Source: Dicyema japonicum (lineage: Eukaryota > Animalia > Dicyemida). Taken from it: a stretch of DNA of 64,000 nt. The stretch covers positions 738,514 through 802,513 of the forward strand of contig RDEW01000020.1 in assembly GCA_011109175.1 (NCBI GenBank), given 5' to 3'. The notes beneath the pieces are model-generated. The model saw nothing but the letters and a program-made list of their open reading frames with translations. It had not been told where the DNA came from and searched no databases. A program made the position numbers and the translations under genes. This document shows, one piece after another, positions 61,571 through 64,000 of the stretch; position 1 is the first letter of the stretch; the number at the start of each line of letters is the position of its first letter.

Positions 61571-61930
61571 CTACTCAACACCATTTTTATTGCGCATGAA
61601 TGTGATACAGCATAATCTAACACGGCATATGTGCAGGTCTTACATAGTACATCATATATATGAATTGAACGCCTTCCTGTAGGCAGTCTTGATTTTCACA
61701 ACAAGAAGGATTTGTAATGCTGTATAAATCAGATTCAATATAACCAGAGCATTTAAGCTAAAAATATTGAATTAATCAACTGTTGACGGAAATTTGTCCA
61801 ATTCATAACCTAAATCTTCATTATTTACGAGTTCTTTTATTATTTGTAGAATCCACTATATTCCAACCCCTGATAAAAGTAGGCAGAATCCAGAGATGGA
61901 ATAAAGCACGACATGGAACAGTTGAATCAT
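61571..61930 (-). pseudogene. Small multi-TM membrane protein gene, probably pseudogenised
   Basis: With introns 61810-61828 (19 nt), 61758-61780 (23) and 61617-61643 (27) removed it reads MIQLFHVVLYSISGFCLLLSGVGI*WILQIIKELVMNWTNFRQHLNALVILNLIYTALQILLVV...; two in-frame stops remain. Confidence 0.4.
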
Positions 61931-62099
61931 AATATTTACATTTTAAAATTCATAAACTTTTTTTTCAGAAAAACAAAATATCACAATACTTAATCTGGAC
62001 TTTAAATTATTAAGGATTGAGCTTTTGATGTAGCTCTTGTATGCTTGATTTCCTCATCTCCTCGGATTAGTTTAGCCGTCAAGAGCTCAACCCTTAGAC

Positions 62100-62350
62100 C
62101 AATATAGCTGAATTCTCTCTTCTTTTGGAATTGACCCTTTGTACCACCCTCACTGTTCCCCTCATATACCACTTGAGAAAGCGAATCATTATACAGGACA
62201 GCTGTTTCTCCTGGTTCCTCTTCGACGTCACCTCCGAGTTCAGAGCCTCTTGAGAAAAGATGATTAGTCACTCTAGTAATCTCATCATTATAATTATCAA
62301 CTTTCAGCCCATGCCTATGCTCGATTATCATGCTCTCTAAGGTTTTCATT
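62100..62350 (-). mobile_element. R4/Dong-like element 3' end
   Basis: KTLESMIIEHRHG is homologous to VLKKTLEWML at ~25760. Confidence 0.55.
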
Positions 62351-62729
62351 ATTAGAAAAATTATGATTCAGCATGAAATATTTTTCAATATTGTTTTTAT
62401 TTAAAATTCTATCTTAAACATCTTTTTATCAAACGGGAGAAGATTGTTTTAACATATCCATTCATTCTTGTCAACCTTTCAATAAAATGATTTTCAATAT
62501 CCCCCTTTACAGAAATAGAACTGGTTTTTTTGGAAATCTGTCTGATGTCTTTTTCCATTAAGATGCCGATTGATCTGGTATTTTTTGATGATTTTACAAT
62601 CTTAGAGCATTTTTATAAAAATAAATCTCCTTCAGGTCTTCTTGTAAATAAGTATGTGTTTTTTAATTTTTTCTTATTTTTGCCTCTGATTTCTAATAGT
62701 TTTAATATTTGAGAAAAAACAAAAAACCA

Positions 62730-62975
62730 TTAAATTTATTCCAAAAACCAAGGGTAACCAAATTAACTAACTCCTTGATCCTGACTCGTTCCAGCGTTCC
62801 GAACTTGTCTCCGTGTAACGAAGTTGTCCCCGGGAAAAGAATAGGTAGATCCTCTTGATTCCGGCCAGGCATTGAGGTTTCCTAAGTAACGTGGTTCCAA
62901 TGACGTCATCGGAGGGAAGGACAAATAATTATTGACCAACTAGCCACATAGCACCACATGACGACCCATGGGCAA
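62730..62975 (-). mobile_element. Short non-autonomous family A derivative (~245 bp)
   Basis: Head gtcgtcatgtggtgctatgtgg; hairpin ggatcaagg/ccttggtt. Confidence 0.8.
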
Positions 62976-63244
62976 TTTTATTAAATGTAGAATGCTAATG
63001 AACTACAAAAAACAATTTATAACATATAATTTAAAAAGAAATAAAAAAATACTAACAAATTTAAAAAAAATAATGGTAATGTTACAGTTTTTAATGAACT
63101 ATATTTTTTCGCGAAAAAAATAAATAATAAAATAAATAATTATAAATTATATCAGCATATTTAGAGTAACTTTCTCTTTTATATTTTTTTTATAATTAAA
63201 AAATTTATAAAAAGAAACATCACTATTTTAAGAAACACACTAAT

Positions 63245-63960
63245 AGATATCACCAAAAAGCGCCGAGAACTCAGAGAAAACGCGATGTCGGTCTATTGCG
63301 TCCTGCAAGTCCCTCAGTGAGTTTCTCCAGATATATTCATAAAGATAACTCGTGAATATTTGATTTGATGTTCCTTTATGCAATTATAATCAATTTTATA
63401 CCATATTGTTGACGACTTTTTCTTTTAGCACGCTGCCATAGATTCTCGATGACTGCGTGTGGACATTTGGATCGGCGGGATCAACAAAATTTACCGTCAT
63501 CCCATTGTGGGATTGGCTGCCATCCATCGGTTATAATCCTCGTCCCAGGAAGTATGCGTCTTGTAATCACATCTTTCAAGGTTTCCGTCGATCTACAATG
63601 TTCAATATTTTTAAATAAACCTATTTTTAACCTCTGCAAGAAAACAGCGCCCTGTTCCGCGCTCGATTCCTCCAAGGACTCTCCCGCCATTGACCGCGAT
63701 GGTATTTGCGGTGGAAGAATTTAGACTCGTCGATTTCCACGACTTTTGGTTCTATTGATTAACAAAATAAATTTAAACGATTATTTTCGTCAAGTCCACG
63801 AAGCAACTGTGTGACTGTCTCGAACCATGTCTCGCATGTTTCTCGACAAAAGCTATTCCAGTCCACAACAGTTGTCTTGGATATTTCAAGTTCGAAAGCT
63901 ACTTCGCAAACGAAATGTTCTTTCGCCCACATACACGTTAGCTCCAAAATTGTTCTAAGA
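63245..63960 (-). mobile_element. Merlin (IS1016/IS1595-like) transposase, decayed
   Basis: ISKTTVVDWNSFCRE; VVEIDES; RSTETLKDVITRRILPGTRIITDGW; WQRAKRK; EYIWR. Confidence 0.85.
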
Positions 63961-64000
63961 CTTAGATGGCTACCTAAAAATTAACAAAGTTGCACCACCT

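Overview
AT-rich eukaryotic, almost certainly metazoan, genomic DNA made of a few very compact genes in a dense graveyard of transposons and pseudogenes. The ORF track hides the genes because they are split by ultra-short GT-AG introns of 21-27 nt (mode 23 nt). I reconstructed by hand a 125-aa coiled-coil orphan (3 introns), a 6-repeat protocadherin-like protein (5 introns, three 1-nt frameshifts), a cytosolic-type aspartate aminotransferase with an altered substrate pocket (8 introns) and a minimal 219-aa E2F4/5-like factor (3 introns). An acidic ORF and a possible longin-type gene are less certain. Intron sizes like these best match what is known for dicyemid mesozoans; this is inference, not a database result. 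Decayed copies of SMC3, NTHL1, NAXE and several other genes retain mini-intron remnants. The dominant mobile system is an APE-RT LINE family (Ingi/Vingi-like) with a 2A-like peptide. About 18 of its 3' ends share a covarying terminal stem-loop, at least 5 short internally deleted non-autonomous partners are present, and a tRNA-like SINE has a similar tail. CRE-like, R4-like, RTE, Penelope-like, Tigger/pogo, hAT, piggyBac-like and Merlin remnants are also present. No rRNA, intact tRNA or CRISPR array was found. Transposon and pseudogene boundaries are approximate.
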